In this document: piece by piece, positions 24,785 through 34,908 of the stretch
Layout of the letters: every line of letters starts with the position of its first letter
Numbering within the stretch: the stretch's first letter is position 1
Source of the DNA: a bacterium
GTDB taxonomy: Bacteria; Pseudomonadota; Gammaproteobacteria; Burkholderiales; Burkholderiaceae_C
Length of the DNA stretch: 39,360 nt
Direction of reading: 5' to 3'
NCBI GenBank assembly: GCA_030824095.1
Contig: JAVBYK010000088.1
Location: forward strand, 1-39,360
The notes under the pieces: model-generated
The model's database searches: none
Told to the model about the DNA's origin: nothing
What the model saw: only the letters and a program-made list of their open reading frames with translations
Translations under genes and position numbers: made by a program

Positions 24785-25675
24785 GTGATCATCAACCAAT
24801 CCAACCTGTCCATCCTCAACCAGGCATTCAGCGCAGCGTTCAAGAACGGCTTGACCAACGCCGCACCCATGTGGAGCCAATGCGCCACGCTGGTGCCCAG
24901 CAGCACGGCCGAGCAAAAGTACGGCTGGCTGGGCCGGATCACCAAGTTTCGTGAGTGGGTCGGTGAGCGCCAGCACCAGAACTTGGTTGCGCATGACTAC
25001 GCCATCAAGAACAAGACCTGGGAAGACACCATTGAAGTGTCGCGCGATGAGATCGAAGACGATCAATACGGCGTGTATTCTCCCGTGGCCCAGCAGATCG
25101 GGCAAGACGCGGCCCTGCATCCCGACGAGCTGGTGTTTGGCTTGCTCAAGGCGGGTTTCACCACGCCGTGCTACGACGGCCAGTACATGTTCGACACCGA
25201 CCACCCGGTGGGCTCGCCTGGCAATGTGACCAGCGTGAGCAACTTCCAGGGCGGAAGTGGCACCCCGTGGTTCCTGCTGGACACCACCAAGGTGCTCAAG
25301 CCGGTGATCTACCAAAAGCGGCGCGATTACGCCATCACCGCCAAGACCAACCTGACTGACGAAAACGTGTTCAGCCAGAACAAGTTCGTCTGGGGCGCGG
25401 ACGGCCGCGGCAACGTTGGTTTCGGCCTGTGGCAGTTGGCCTACGCCAGCAAAAACACGTTGGATGTTGCCGCCTTTGCCGACGCCCGTGCGGCCCACCA
25501 GAGCATCGTTGGCGACAACGGCAAGCCGCTGGTCATCCGCAGTGCTGAACTGTGGGTTCCCCCCAGCCTGGAAAAAGCGGCACTGGATGTCGTCCAGGCT
25601 GACCGCTTGGCCAACGGTGCCACCAACACGATGCGCGGCACATCGAAGGTCGTGGTCTGCCCCTGGCTGATCTGA
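24785..25675 (+). CDS. Major capsid protein (Mu gpT-like)
   Basis: YGWLG...REWVGER, IEDDQYG, CYDGQYMFDTDHPV and GFGLWQLAY motifs. Confidence 0.93.
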   Translation: MIINQSNLSILNQAFSAAFKNGLTNAAPMWSQCATLVPSSTAEQKYGWLGRITKFREWVGERQHQNLVAHDYAIKNKTWEDTIEVSRDEIEDDQYGVYSPVAQQIGQDAALHPDELVFGLLKAGFTTPCYDGQYMFDTDHPVGSPGNVTSVSNFQGGSGTPWFLLDTTKVLKPVIYQKRRDYAITAKTNLTDENVFSQNKFVWGADGRGNVGFGLWQLAYASKNTLDVAAFADARAAHQSIVGDNGKPLVIRSAELWVPPSLEKAALDVVQADRLANGATNTMRGTSKVVVCPWLI

Positions 25676-25713
25676 TCGTTCATTCCCAACTCAAACCGTA
25701 AACAGGAGCATTC

Positions 25714-25941
25714 ATGGCAACAGCGTCCAACAAGAAGGCGGCGAACAAGCCGGCCGGTGACAAGTCGCAAGGCTTGAAGGTGGTGCCCAAGCGCGCCGGG
25801 TTTCGTCGCGCAGGGTACTCGTTCCCGGAGGGCGAGACCGTCATCCCCTTGGCCGATATCACCGGGGACCAGTACGACCAGCTGACCAGCGAGCCCATGC
25901 TGATCACCGTGCTGGTGGAGCTGCCAGCGGTCACGGCATAA
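25714..25941 (+). CDS. Mu gp35/HI1506-like protein
   Basis: GFRRAG..F and L..EPML motifs; follows the capsid gene. Confidence 0.75.
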   Translation: MATASNKKAANKPAGDKSQGLKVVPKRAGFRRAGYSFPEGETVIPLADITGDQYDQLTSEPMLITVLVELPAVTA

Positions 25942-25956
25942 CGGCGCTAGGTCCGC

Positions 25957-26496
25957 ATGTCCTACATCACCCCCGCAGAACTGGCCGAGCGTCCAGGCGC
26001 GCGCGAACTCGCGCAGCTGGCCAGCTCGGACACCCAGCCAGTGAAAGACTATGCGCTGATGGACGCCACGTTGCGCGGTACAAGCCGTGCGGCATGGACA
26101 CCAGAGCAAGTAGTGGCTGCGGATGCCGCATTGGCACGCATCAATGATGCGATTGCCGAGGCTGCGGGAGTGATTGATGGCTACGTGGCGCAGCGCGGTT
26201 ACACGTTGCCGCTAACTTTGTCACCGACCAGCACTGGCAAGAGTGTGCTGGCATCCTGGGCGCGGGCCATCACCCGCTACCTGTTGAACAAGAACCGCAT
26301 CACGGATGAGACTAAAGACCCGGTTGCGCGTGATTACCGCGACGCACTCAAGATGCTGGGCCTGCTGGCGCAAGGTAAATACAGCCTGGGCGCGAACGAT
26401 CCGGCACGCGATGAGACCGTGGGAAGCAACACCGACGTGCGTTTTGCCGGTGCGCCCACCGTGTTCGGCCGCGACCAACTGAGCCGATTTCGCTAG
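25957..26496 (+). CDS. Head-tail adaptor (Mu gp36/DUF1320)
   Basis: IDGY...GY.LPL, I.RYLL and Y.DALK.L...A.GK.SLG motifs. Confidence 0.88.
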   Translation: MSYITPAELAERPGARELAQLASSDTQPVKDYALMDATLRGTSRAAWTPEQVVAADAALARINDAIAEAAGVIDGYVAQRGYTLPLTLSPTSTGKSVLASWARAITRYLLNKNRITDETKDPVARDYRDALKMLGLLAQGKYSLGANDPARDETVGSNTDVRFAGAPTVFGRDQLSRFR

Positions 26497-26508
26497 GGCA
26501 TACCCATC

Positions 26509-26925
26509 ATGGACTTATTGCCCATCGTCACCCAGCTCAAGGCCGCTGAGACCGTCTTTCGGGAGATTGGGGCCGCTGCCGGCCTTGAGGTCGCCATGCG
26601 GGCCAATCGCGTAGCGCCAGCCGCCTACGTGATCCCCTTGAGCGAGCCGGCCGAGCAGCTTGAATTCACCGGATCGGTGGAGCACCTGGAGCATCGGCAC
26701 TTTGGTGTCGTGATTGTCGTGAGCTGCTCAGACCCCACCGGCGAGGACGCCATTGTGGAGCTGGCCACCGCACGCAAGCAGGTCAAGACCGCTCTGGTCG
26801 GGTTTGTGCCAGTCGAGGAATCCGGCGAGCCGGTGGTCTTCCTGGGCGGCGAGCTTGTCCAGTTTGAGGGCGACGGCTTCCTGTGGTGGAGCGATGAATT
26901 TCAACACGATAACTATTGGAACTGA
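26509..26925 (+). CDS. Putative tail terminator/completion protein
   Basis: PAAYVIP, FGVVIVV, ALVGF.P and LWWSDEF motifs; position. Confidence 0.75.
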   Translation: MDLLPIVTQLKAAETVFREIGAAAGLEVAMRANRVAPAAYVIPLSEPAEQLEFTGSVEHLEHRHFGVVIVVSCSDPTGEDAIVELATARKQVKTALVGFVPVEESGEPVVFLGGELVQFEGDGFLWWSDEFQHDNYWN

Positions 26926-26926
26926 A

Positions 26927-27175
26927 ATGGCAACCAAACCCAACACCCAACCCGCCGCCACGGCCACAACCGACCAGGCGGAAACACTCGTGATAACAGC
27001 GGGTGATCCGGCACCGCAGATCGGTGTGCAGGCGCCCGCACGCACCCCTGAAACCGTCCCCGTGCCTGGCGGCGGCCAGTGGGCCTGGAGCGACGAGAAG
27101 CTGGACTGGGTTGACCGCAGCCCCAAGCCCGCCAAGCCGGCCGAGCCACCTGCAGCCCAGGCGCAGACGGCCTAA
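26927..27175 (+). CDS. Hypothetical Pro/Ala-rich protein
   Basis: MATKPNTQ...GGGQWAW; lies between terminator and tail tube. Confidence 0.6.
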   Translation: MATKPNTQPAATATTDQAETLVITAGDPAPQIGVQAPARTPETVPVPGGGQWAWSDEKLDWVDRSPKPAKPAEPPAAQAQTA

Positions 27176-27223
27176 GCGCCGTAGCAAAAGAATTTTCACA
27201 AGACCAGTACGGAGCCATTCACC

Positions 27224-28192
27224 ATGTCCACTCGCTTCATCAAAAAGACCGTCATTCTTGCCGCACTGGAGGCCACGGTCGGTGTCGATGCCGTCCCCAC
27301 CGGAGCCCTCAACGCCTTGAAGGTGTTTGACATGTCCATCACTCCGGTGGACGCCAAGGAAATCAAGATCGACTATGTCACGGCATGGCTGGGCTCCAGT
27401 GAGACCCTGGTTGGCGCAGTGTTCTCCAAGTGCAGTTTCTCCGTGTCGCTCTCGGGTTCGGGCGATGCAGCCGTTGCGCCGGCCTGGGCGCCGCTGTTGC
27501 TGGCCTGTGGCTTTTCGGAGTTGACAGGACTGACCTCCCCGGCGCGTATTGAGTACTTGCCGGCGACTGACGCACTGAAGTCACTCTCTATCTACTGGTA
27601 TGACGACGGCGTCTTGCACAAGATGCTGGGCTCATTTGGCACCGTTGAACTGACTGCCATGGTTGGGGAAGCGCCCAAGCTGAAGTTTGACTTCACCGGT
27701 ATCCCCGTACCCGCCACTGCCACACCGAATGCAACCGGTGTGTTGACCGCATGGAAGCCACCAGTACCGATTCGCAAACTGAACGTGGTGGACGTCAAGC
27801 TGGGCGTGGCATACGCCGCTGGCGTTTTGACTGGTGGAACGCCATACAACACCACGGGCCTGACATTGAGCACCGGCAACAAGGTCGACGCGGACGAGTT
27901 TTTGTCGGGCGACGAAGTTGGCATCAGCGACCGCGAGATCACCGGTTCCACCAGCATCAAGGTGTCGGCCGCCGAAGAGGTGGCCCTTCTGGGCACGGTC
28001 GAGGCCGGAACGGTTCAGACCATGGGCTTTGAGATTGGCAAGGTCACTGGCAACCGAATCATGCTGTTTGCACCTGCGATGCGGTTCAAGAGCCACAAGA
28101 AGGACGAAAAGAGCGGCAAGCGTCTGGCCGGTATGGGGTTCAAGTTGAATCCTGTCAATGGCAATGACGAGTTGCGCATCGTCAGCTTGTAA
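27224..28192 (+). CDS. Major tail tube protein (non-contractile tail)
   Basis: 322 aa; P.W.PLLLACG and P.LKFDFTG motifs; no sheath gene in the prophage. Confidence 0.8.
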   Translation: MSTRFIKKTVILAALEATVGVDAVPTGALNALKVFDMSITPVDAKEIKIDYVTAWLGSSETLVGAVFSKCSFSVSLSGSGDAAVAPAWAPLLLACGFSELTGLTSPARIEYLPATDALKSLSIYWYDDGVLHKMLGSFGTVELTAMVGEAPKLKFDFTGIPVPATATPNATGVLTAWKPPVPIRKLNVVDVKLGVAYAAGVLTGGTPYNTTGLTLSTGNKVDADEFLSGDEVGISDREITGSTSIKVSAAEEVALLGTVEAGTVQTMGFEIGKVTGNRIMLFAPAMRFKSHKKDEKSGKRLAGMGFKLNPVNGNDELRIVSL

Positions 28193-28261
28193 CTGACCCA
28201 GTTCAATGCCCCGCGCACTGCGGGGAACTACGCATCCTTCCTCAATTTTTGAAAGCCTCCT

Positions 28262-28606
28262 ATGACCGATCAACTCACCCTCGCCGTTGAAGACACCGTA
28301 GACGTGCCCGTCAAGTTCACCATGAAGGTGAAGTCCGTGAACAAGCTGTTTTCGTTCACTGTGACCTGCGACCGCATGGACCAGGAACAGATCAATGAGT
28401 GCATGGAAGACGGTAAGCAAAAGGTGACCGACTTCATGCGCGGAGTCATGCGCGGCTGGTCTGGCCAGCGCCTGGTTCTGGATGCTGCGGGCAACCCAGT
28501 GGAATTCAGTGAAGCGGCGCGCGACATGATGCTCAAAGCAGCTGGTGTGGGCACTGTCCTGTTCAACGCCTATCTGACTGAGACCGGGGCCAAGCCAAAA
28601 AACTAA
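28262..28606 (+). CDS. Tail assembly chaperone
   Basis: V.RGW......G.PVEFS motif; ends ...PKN* on a slippery heptamer. Confidence 0.8.
   Translation: MTDQLTLAVEDTVDVPVKFTMKVKSVNKLFSFTVTCDRMDQEQINECMEDGKQKVTDFMRGVMRGWSGQRLVLDAAGNPVEFSEAARDMMLKAAGVGTVLFNAYLTETGAKPKN
28597..28603 (+). other. Putative -1 programmed frameshift site A AAA AAC
   Basis: The -1 frame is open and continues into 28615..29016. Confidence 0.75.
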
Positions 28607-28614
28607 GTCAGGTC

Positions 28615-29016
28615 GTGCGCCAGATGGCGCTCGGCCGACTATATGACCCACGGCAGAACCGGGAAGCCACTGATGACACTACCGACGAAGCCGCAACAGC
28701 TCTGGGAATCCAGGTACTGGACCCAGACGAAGACGATGACGCCCCGGAGCCACCCCAGGACAAGTGCTATCTGTGGCCCTGCAACGTGCGGATGTACGAC
28801 CTGTGGTGTGAGCTGCAAACACAGTGGCAATGCAGCATGCGCGGCCGTGAAGGCCTCAATTACGACTCTGTCATCCGCTACCTGCGTGAGGTCGCGCACA
28901 TCCGGCCCAGGCGTTTGCCGGAAGTCATGGAGTGCATTCGCGCCATGGAGCGCGCTGCCCTTGAAGCCTGGGATGAGCAGCGGCAAGAACAGCAAAGTCG
29001 AGATCAATCTCGATAG
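28615..29016 (+). CDS. DUF1799-like chaperone extension (lambda gpT equivalent)
   Basis: LWP.N, L.TQW, GLNY and ME..AL motifs; precedes the tape measure gene. Confidence 0.78.
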   Translation: MRQMALGRLYDPRQNREATDDTTDEAATALGIQVLDPDEDDDAPEPPQDKCYLWPCNVRMYDLWCELQTQWQCSMRGREGLNYDSVIRYLREVAHIRPRRLPEVMECIRAMERAALEAWDEQRQEQQSRDQSR

Positions 29017-29021
29017 AACCA

Positions 29022-32000
29022 ATGGCCAATGAAGTCAAACTGAAGTTGGCTATTGAGGGCGGGCAAGTCGTCAGCGCTACGCTGGACGGAGTCTCGACCA
29101 AGCTGGACGGCGTTGACAGATCCGCGCGTGGTGCGTCGGGTGGAGTTGGTCAGCTCAAGTCGGTGATGGCTGGCATTGTCACGGTGGGCGCGGCGCTGGA
29201 AATCCTGCGCATGGCTGATGCCTGCACGTCACTGCGCACCAATCTCCTGCTGTCGAGCAACGGCGCGTCCGAGGCGCGAGTGGCCTACCAGCGCCTGTAC
29301 GAGATTGCGCAGCAGAGCCGCGTCGGCTTCACTGCCCTGGGCGACACGTATGCGACCATCGCCCGAGCCGGCAGGGAATTGGGCGTGTCGCAGGACCGGC
29401 TGCTGACCGTAACCCAGGCCATTGGCATGGCCATGACGATTGGGGGCGGTAGCGCACAGTCCATGCAGGCTGCCCTGGTGCAACTGGGCCAAGGCCTATC
29501 CAGTGGCACGTTGCGCGGGGAGGAACTCAATTCCATCCTGGAACAAACACCACGCCTGGCCAGGGCGCTGGCCGATGGCATGGGCGTGTCGGTCGGGCAA
29601 CTGCGGGCGCTGGGCGAGCAGGGCAAGATCACGGCGGATGCCGTCATTTCTGCCTTGGAAAAGTCAGCTCCTCAGCTCGCCAAGGAAATGAGCGGCGCTG
29701 CGATGACCGTGGGCCAGGCCTACACCATGCTGACCAACTCGGTCACCAAGTTCGTGGGCGATGCCGACACAGCCAGTGGCGCCAGCGGCAACCTGGCCAG
29801 TGTCCTTCAGGGCCTATCTACTGCGGTTGATTCGGTCGGCGCCGCCATCAACAACCACAAAGACGCATTCAGCGCAATCGTCAATGGCCTGGCAGGCGCT
29901 GCCGCGTTCGCGGGGGTTGTAGCCCTGGCCAGTGGCATCAGGACCGTTACAACAGCAGTGATCGCCTTGGGCGTTGCCATGGCCGCCAACCCGGCCATTC
30001 TGGCCTTGACGCTGATCGCTGCAGCCGGCGCCGGCATCGCTTCACTGGCCAGCGACTGGAAGAAGAGTGCCGAGGGCATGCGCGCCCAGATGGACGGTAT
30101 CAATGCCGACATCCGCCTGGCAGAAGAGCGTGCAGCTACCGGGTCGGAGCCGGTCAAGGCCCGCGCCGCACTTGAGCTGCAGACGTTGAAAGACAAACGT
30201 GATGCGTTGCGCCAGACCATGGTTGTCCAGGAGCAAAGCAGCGCCGAGAACGCCAGCTACAACGCCAAGGAAATGAAGAACCTGCAGGAGCGCGTTGCCG
30301 CCGAGCAATCCGCGTATGCAGGCGCCAAGCCGTTGGACGAAGTGCGCAAGATGGTCAAGACGCGCAACAGCATACTGATTGAAGCCAATGACCAGGCCGT
30401 CAACATCGCCATGGGTTTCAACAAGTCCATTGCGAATGCAGCTTCGCCTGAGAAAGTGATCGAGCTGTCACAAGAGCGTGACCAGCTCCTGATTGAGCAC
30501 GCCCGGGGCACGACAGCCGCGCTCAAGAGCTTTGACGATCAGCGGGCTGCACCTGCCAAGACGGCCGCGAAACAGCGCCTGGACGCTGTCATCCAGTACT
30601 ACGAGGCCGAGCAGATCGCCATAACGGCCGGCGAGCAACGCGCCAGCCAAACACTCGCCGCTCAGCACTCTGCTGGCCTGGTGACCGACCAGGCGTACTA
30701 CCTGGCCAAGCGGACCATGGCCGAGGCCGACAACGCGGCACAGCAGACCCTGATTCAACGCGAGATTGAAGCCGTCAAGCAGTCCGGCCTATCCAAGCAA
30801 GACCAGGCCGCGCAGCTGGACAGGTTCAACCAGGACTTGAAGCGTTTGCGCGAGGCGGCCAAAGACATTGAGGCAAATTTCGTCAACGAAATGACCGTGC
30901 TGGACATGAAGCTGTTCCGCGCGGCCAATGACGAGAACGCTTCCTACATCGAATCGCAACAGGCCAAAGCCACCAGCCTGGAGCAGCAAGTCAAGGCCCA
31001 GCGCCAGGCGAATGCGGAGATTGGCCTGTCTGCGCGCGAGATCAATAACCTTCGTTCGGCGACCATGCAACTCAATGCGGCCGAACTTGACCGCCAGGCC
31101 GACAAGAAAGAAGAAACTCTTCAGAACGCTGCGGACATCCAGGCCCTGCGTGACCAGGCTACGGCCATGCGCCAGTTGATCACTGAGAACGCCCGGGGGG
31201 TGGAAAAGACAGCCGCCGTCGATAGCTTCAAGTCCTTGTGGGAATCAGTGGATCAGACGGCACGCAGCGTCTGGACCAATATCTTCCAAGGCGGCCAGGA
31301 CGTCTTCACAAAGCTGCGCGATGTGGCCAAGGCGACCTTCCTGGACTGGCTGTACCAGATGACGGTGCGCAAGTGGATCTTCAACATCCTGGCCGTCGTG
31401 ACGGGTACCAGCGCTGGCAGCGTGGCGTCGACCGTGCTGGGAAGTGGCGCTGGATCTGGCGCCGCCAATACGGTTGGCCAGGCATCTACAGCTGCCTCCG
31501 CAATGAACTGGCTCAATGACTTTGGCGGGTCCGTTACCGGCCTGGTGGACAAGGCCGGTGCATGGTTGATGAACAGCGGCAGCAGTGTGCTGGGAGACAT
31601 CGGCGCCAGCATGGTCTCCAACTCGACCGTGATAGGTCAATACGCCCAATATGCCGGCGACGCCGTCGGGTACGTCAACGCGCTGGTGAAGGCCAGCGAG
31701 GGCAAATGGGGTGCAGCCATTGGCAGCGCACTGGGCACCTACTTCGGCGGGCCGATTGGCTCGTTCATTGGCAACACCATCGGTTCCTGGATCGACAACG
31801 CATTCGGCGGTGGACATGAGTACTCCGTGGCCAACGGAATCCGCGTGCATGCCGGTGCCGACGGAATGTCGTCGCAGACCTTTGACCAGTGGCGCAATGA
31901 CGGCTCCAGTGGGATCTTTGGCATTGGCGGTGCGGCGGCCAGTTCGGGCGCCAATTTCGCTCCAACTGATGACAAGGTTTCCAAGCAACTGAACGACAAC

Positions 32001-33326
32001 TACACGGTGCTCAAGGCCCAGACCATGGCCTACACGGCAGTGCTGGGTCTTAACACCGATGCGATCAAGGGGTACACCGCAGACATGCAGTTGAACCTCA
32101 CCAACATGAATCCCCAGGAGATTCAGGCGGCGGTGGCCAAGATGTTCACGGACATCGCCAACAGCATGGCCGGCCAGGTGCTGGACCCGAAGTATGTCCA
32201 GGAGGGCGAGACAGCATCGGTAGCGCTCAAACGCATGGGCGATAGCCTGATGGCCGTCAACGGGGTGTTTTCGGTACTGGGCTACACGTTGCTAGATGTG
32301 TCGGCAGCCGGTGGCGCAGCGGCCAGCGGGTTGGTGTCTGCGATGGGCGGCCTGCAAGCCTTCCAGAGCCAGATGATGTCCTACTACCAGAACTACTACT
32401 CTCCCGAGGAGCAGCGGACCAATACGATCAATTCCGTAGTGGGCAACCTGGACAAGGCCGGCATTCACTTCACGGCCGACCAGATCAGCGGCGCCAGCCG
32501 GGCCGACATTCGCGCCGTGGTTGAGCAATACGCTGCGCGTGTGGACACCGACGCTGGTCAAAAGCAATACGCCGAGGTGGTCAAGGCCGCCAACCTGTTG
32601 ACATCGGTCACATCGGTCACGCCAGCAACCACCGCTACCCAGCAGAAGGTGGAGCAAGTTGGCAGTTCGGGCGGTGGCGGTGGTGGTGGCGGTTCGTCCG
32701 CCGCCAGCCAGGTTCAAAGCGCGCTCAAGCAATATACCGATGCTATCTTTGGAGAGGTCAAGCGCATCCGTGAAGACATGCTCGGCACAGATGAGCAGGC
32801 CTTAGCGGCTGTCCGAGCGAAGTTCGAGTTGGCCAACATCCAAGCCAATGCTGGATCGGAGGATGCTCTTAAGGCGCTGCCTGCTCTGAGTCAGAGCATG
32901 CTCACACTGGCAAAGGTCAATACCAGCACTGCGCTGGAGCTGCGCATGATTCAGGCCCAGACCGCCGCAACCCTGGAGAAGACCGGAACGACAGTGGCCC
33001 AGAAGTATGGGTTCTCGGTGCCGGCGTTCGCTGGTGGCGGCAGTCACAGCGGCGGTTGGGCCATGGTCGGCGAGAACGGGCCGGAGTTGGCCTACATGCC
33101 GCCAGCCCGCATTTACACAGCGCCTGATACCAGCGCCATCATTGCTGGCAGTGGTCGCAACGCCGTGCCGGACGGAGAGTTGCTGAACACGATGAGGGAC
33201 GTGCGCGCCTTGCTCACAGAAATCAAGACCGCTGCGACGGAAGGTAGCGACTACAGCTACCGGCTCTACGATCTGTTTGACCGTCTGATTCCCTATCGGG
33301 ACGCTGTGCCCACGAAGGCTGCCTGA
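29022..33326 (+). CDS. Tape measure protein
   Basis: QL.QGLSSG.LRGEELNSILEQ.P and MVGENGPEL motifs; 1434 aa; helical and Ala-rich. Confidence 0.93.
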   Translation: MANEVKLKLAIEGGQVVSATLDGVSTKLDGVDRSARGASGGVGQLKSVMAGIVTVGAALEILRMADACTSLRTNLLLSSNGASEARVAYQRLYEIAQQSRVGFTALGDTYATIARAGRELGVSQDRLLTVTQAIGMAMTIGGGSAQSMQAALVQLGQGLSSGTLRGEELNSILEQTPRLARALADGMGVSVGQLRALGEQGKITADAVISALEKSAPQLAKEMSGAAMTVGQAYTMLTNSVTKFVGDADTASGASGNLASVLQGLSTAVDSVGAAINNHKDAFSAIVNGLAGAAAFAGVVALASGIRTVTTAVIALGVAMAANPAILALTLIAAAGAGIASLASDWKKSAEGMRAQMDGINADIRLAEERAATGSEPVKARAALELQTLKDKRDALRQTMVVQEQSSAENASYNAKEMKNLQERVAAEQSAYAGAKPLDEVRKMVKTRNSILIEANDQAVNIAMGFNKSIANAASPEKVIELSQERDQLLIEHARGTTAALKSFDDQRAAPAKTAAKQRLDAVIQYYEAEQIAITAGEQRASQTLAAQHSAGLVTDQAYYLAKRTMAEADNAAQQTLIQREIEAVKQSGLSKQDQAAQLDRFNQDLKRLREAAKDIEANFVNEMTVLDMKLFRAANDENASYIESQQAKATSLEQQVKAQRQANAEIGLSAREINNLRSATMQLNAAELDRQADKKEETLQNAADIQALRDQATAMRQLITENARGVEKTAAVDSFKSLWESVDQTARSVWTNIFQGGQDVFTKLRDVAKATFLDWLYQMTVRKWIFNILAVVTGTSAGSVASTVLGSGAGSGAANTVGQASTAASAMNWLNDFGGSVTGLVDKAGAWLMNSGSSVLGDIGASMVSNSTVIGQYAQYAGDAVGYVNALVKASEGKWGAAIGSALGTYFGGPIGSFIGNTIGSWIDNAFGGGHEYSVANGIRVHAGADGMSSQTFDQWRNDGSSGIFGIGGAAASSGANFAPTDDKVSKQLNDNYTVLKAQTMAYTAVLGLNTDAIKGYTADMQLNLTNMNPQEIQAAVAKMFTDIANSMAGQVLDPKYVQEGETASVALKRMGDSLMAVNGVFSVLGYTLLDVSAAGGAAASGLVSAMGGLQAFQSQMMSYYQNYYSPEEQRTNTINSVVGNLDKAGIHFTADQISGASRADIRAVVEQYAARVDTDAGQKQYAEVVKAANLLTSVTSVTPATTATQQKVEQVGSSGGGGGGGGSSAASQVQSALKQYTDAIFGEVKRIREDMLGTDEQALAAVRAKFELANIQANAGSEDALKALPALSQSMLTLAKVNTSTALELRMIQAQTAATLEKTGTTVAQKYGFSVPAFAGGGSHSGGWAMVGENGPELAYMPPARIYTAPDTSAIIAGSGRNAVPDGELLNTMRDVRALLTEIKTAATEGSDYSYRLYDLFDRLIPYRDAVPTKAA

Positions 33327-34234
33327 TGAAGAACATTACCTCCATTGTCATCACCGAGGCGATGTTGACCAGCTCGACCATTGCCGAGCCACTGGTGGGC
33401 GTTGAGACCGAGTGGAATGGGGCAACGGACTACGCCATTGGGCAGGAGTGCATCCGCGCAGCGCTGCACCGCAAGTTCACCCGCAAGGTTGCAGGCACTA
33501 CAGCTACGGCTCCCGAGTCGGACCCTAACAATTGGGAAGACACCGGCGCCACGATGAAGTGGGCCATGTTCGACTTGTCGGACAGCCAACAATCAGTTGC
33601 AACTGGCGCACAAACCGTGGTTATTACTCCGGGGAAGCGCATCACTTCCATTGGCATCACTGGCCTGCAGGCCGCCAAAGTTCGTATCAAGGTCGACGTC
33701 GGCGCCACAAACTATTACGACCAGGAGATAAAGACCTCGCTGCGCCACACAACCGGATGGCTGGACTATTTGCTGGGGGGCTTTCGCTATGTCAAGGGTA
33801 TGGCGCGCTTCAATCTCCCACCCGTCACAGGCGCGAAGCTGACCATTACCTTTACAGGTTCCACCATCAAGGTTGGCCGAATATTCATCGGCACGTCCGT
33901 GGACATTGGCAAGGTCGAAAGGGATGCTTCGGGGGATGTGACGGACTACTCCCTGGCAAAGCGCAGCGACTTCGGAACCGCCAAGCTGGTGAAGCGGCCC
34001 ATTGTTCCCAAGGCGACTTTGGTACTCAAAGCGAAATCCAGCCAGGTCAACAAACTGCGTGAGCTGCGCGAGGACTCTGCCGGCAAGGTCACTTTGTGGT
34101 GCGGAATGGACGACGACATCCTCAGTGACTGGTTCGACCTGTTCTTGATCGCCGGGAAATGGAACCGGTTCGTCATCGGCCCGCACCCGGCTGTCAAGTC
34201 AGCACGGATCAATCTTGAAATTGAGGAGGTTTAA
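33326..34234 (+). CDS. Tail tip/distal tail protein
   Basis: Directly after the tape measure gene; DYS....DFG...LVKR motif. Confidence 0.65.
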   Translation: MKNITSIVITEAMLTSSTIAEPLVGVETEWNGATDYAIGQECIRAALHRKFTRKVAGTTATAPESDPNNWEDTGATMKWAMFDLSDSQQSVATGAQTVVITPGKRITSIGITGLQAAKVRIKVDVGATNYYDQEIKTSLRHTTGWLDYLLGGFRYVKGMARFNLPPVTGAKLTITFTGSTIKVGRIFIGTSVDIGKVERDASGDVTDYSLAKRSDFGTAKLVKRPIVPKATLVLKAKSSQVNKLRELREDSAGKVTLWCGMDDDILSDWFDLFLIAGKWNRFVIGPHPAVKSARINLEIEEV

Positions 34235-34236
34235 AC

Positions 34237-34905
34237 ATGATTACCCCACCCACACTACCACCCGCAGACGGAACGGCGTTTCCGACACCACCGAACACGA
34301 ATGACCCGGACAACTTCGACCCGCGCGCCGACGCCGCCTTTGCAGCGATGGGGCCTTTGCAGACAGAGTTTCAGGCGGCAAAGGCCAATGTCCACGTGAA
34401 CGCCCAGAGTGCCTACGACAACGCTTTGGAATCCCAGGCCAGCAAAACAGCCGCAGCGGCATCCGAGGCCAACATTGCCGCGCTGTCCAACTTCAAAGGC
34501 ACTTGGGCAGGCTTGGCCGGTGCGCTGGCCAAGCCTGCCAGCGTGTTCCACGCCGGCGCGTTCTGGATGCTGCTGAACAACCTGGCGGACGTGACAACCA
34601 GCCAGCCTGGTGTTTCTGCTGACTGGCAGGTTGTGGGTGGGGCGTGGCCCATCGTCTACATCAACACCGACACCGCGGCAGTGCCGTGGACCACCTATGT
34701 GTTCACCGGGGCCTGCACTCTGACAGCGCCTGCCATCACTGGCAACGGCAAGCAAATTGGCATTGATGTCCTGCCGGGTGTGACTGGGGCGATCTTCGCT
34801 CCAGCAGGCGCGGACAAGACACGCGGGGCCAGTGGCGCACAGCCAATTGATGCGCCTTTCAAAGTAATCCTTCGAGACAGCGGGGCCACCTACGGGTGGA
34901 TTTGA
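34237..34905 (+). CDS. Putative tail fibre/tip protein
   Basis: DP.NFD.RADA N-terminus, FKGTW and V.H.G.FW motifs. Confidence 0.6.
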   Translation: MITPPTLPPADGTAFPTPPNTNDPDNFDPRADAAFAAMGPLQTEFQAAKANVHVNAQSAYDNALESQASKTAAAASEANIAALSNFKGTWAGLAGALAKPASVFHAGAFWMLLNNLADVTTSQPGVSADWQVVGGAWPIVYINTDTAAVPWTTYVFTGACTLTAPAITGNGKQIGIDVLPGVTGAIFAPAGADKTRGASGAQPIDAPFKVILRDSGATYGWI

Positions 34906-34908
34906 ACC

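Noticed and set aside
32667-32700. GGT/GGC run in the tape measure gene as a possible contingency repeat
   Set aside because: It is an in-frame, impure repeat encoding a Gly/Ser linker.
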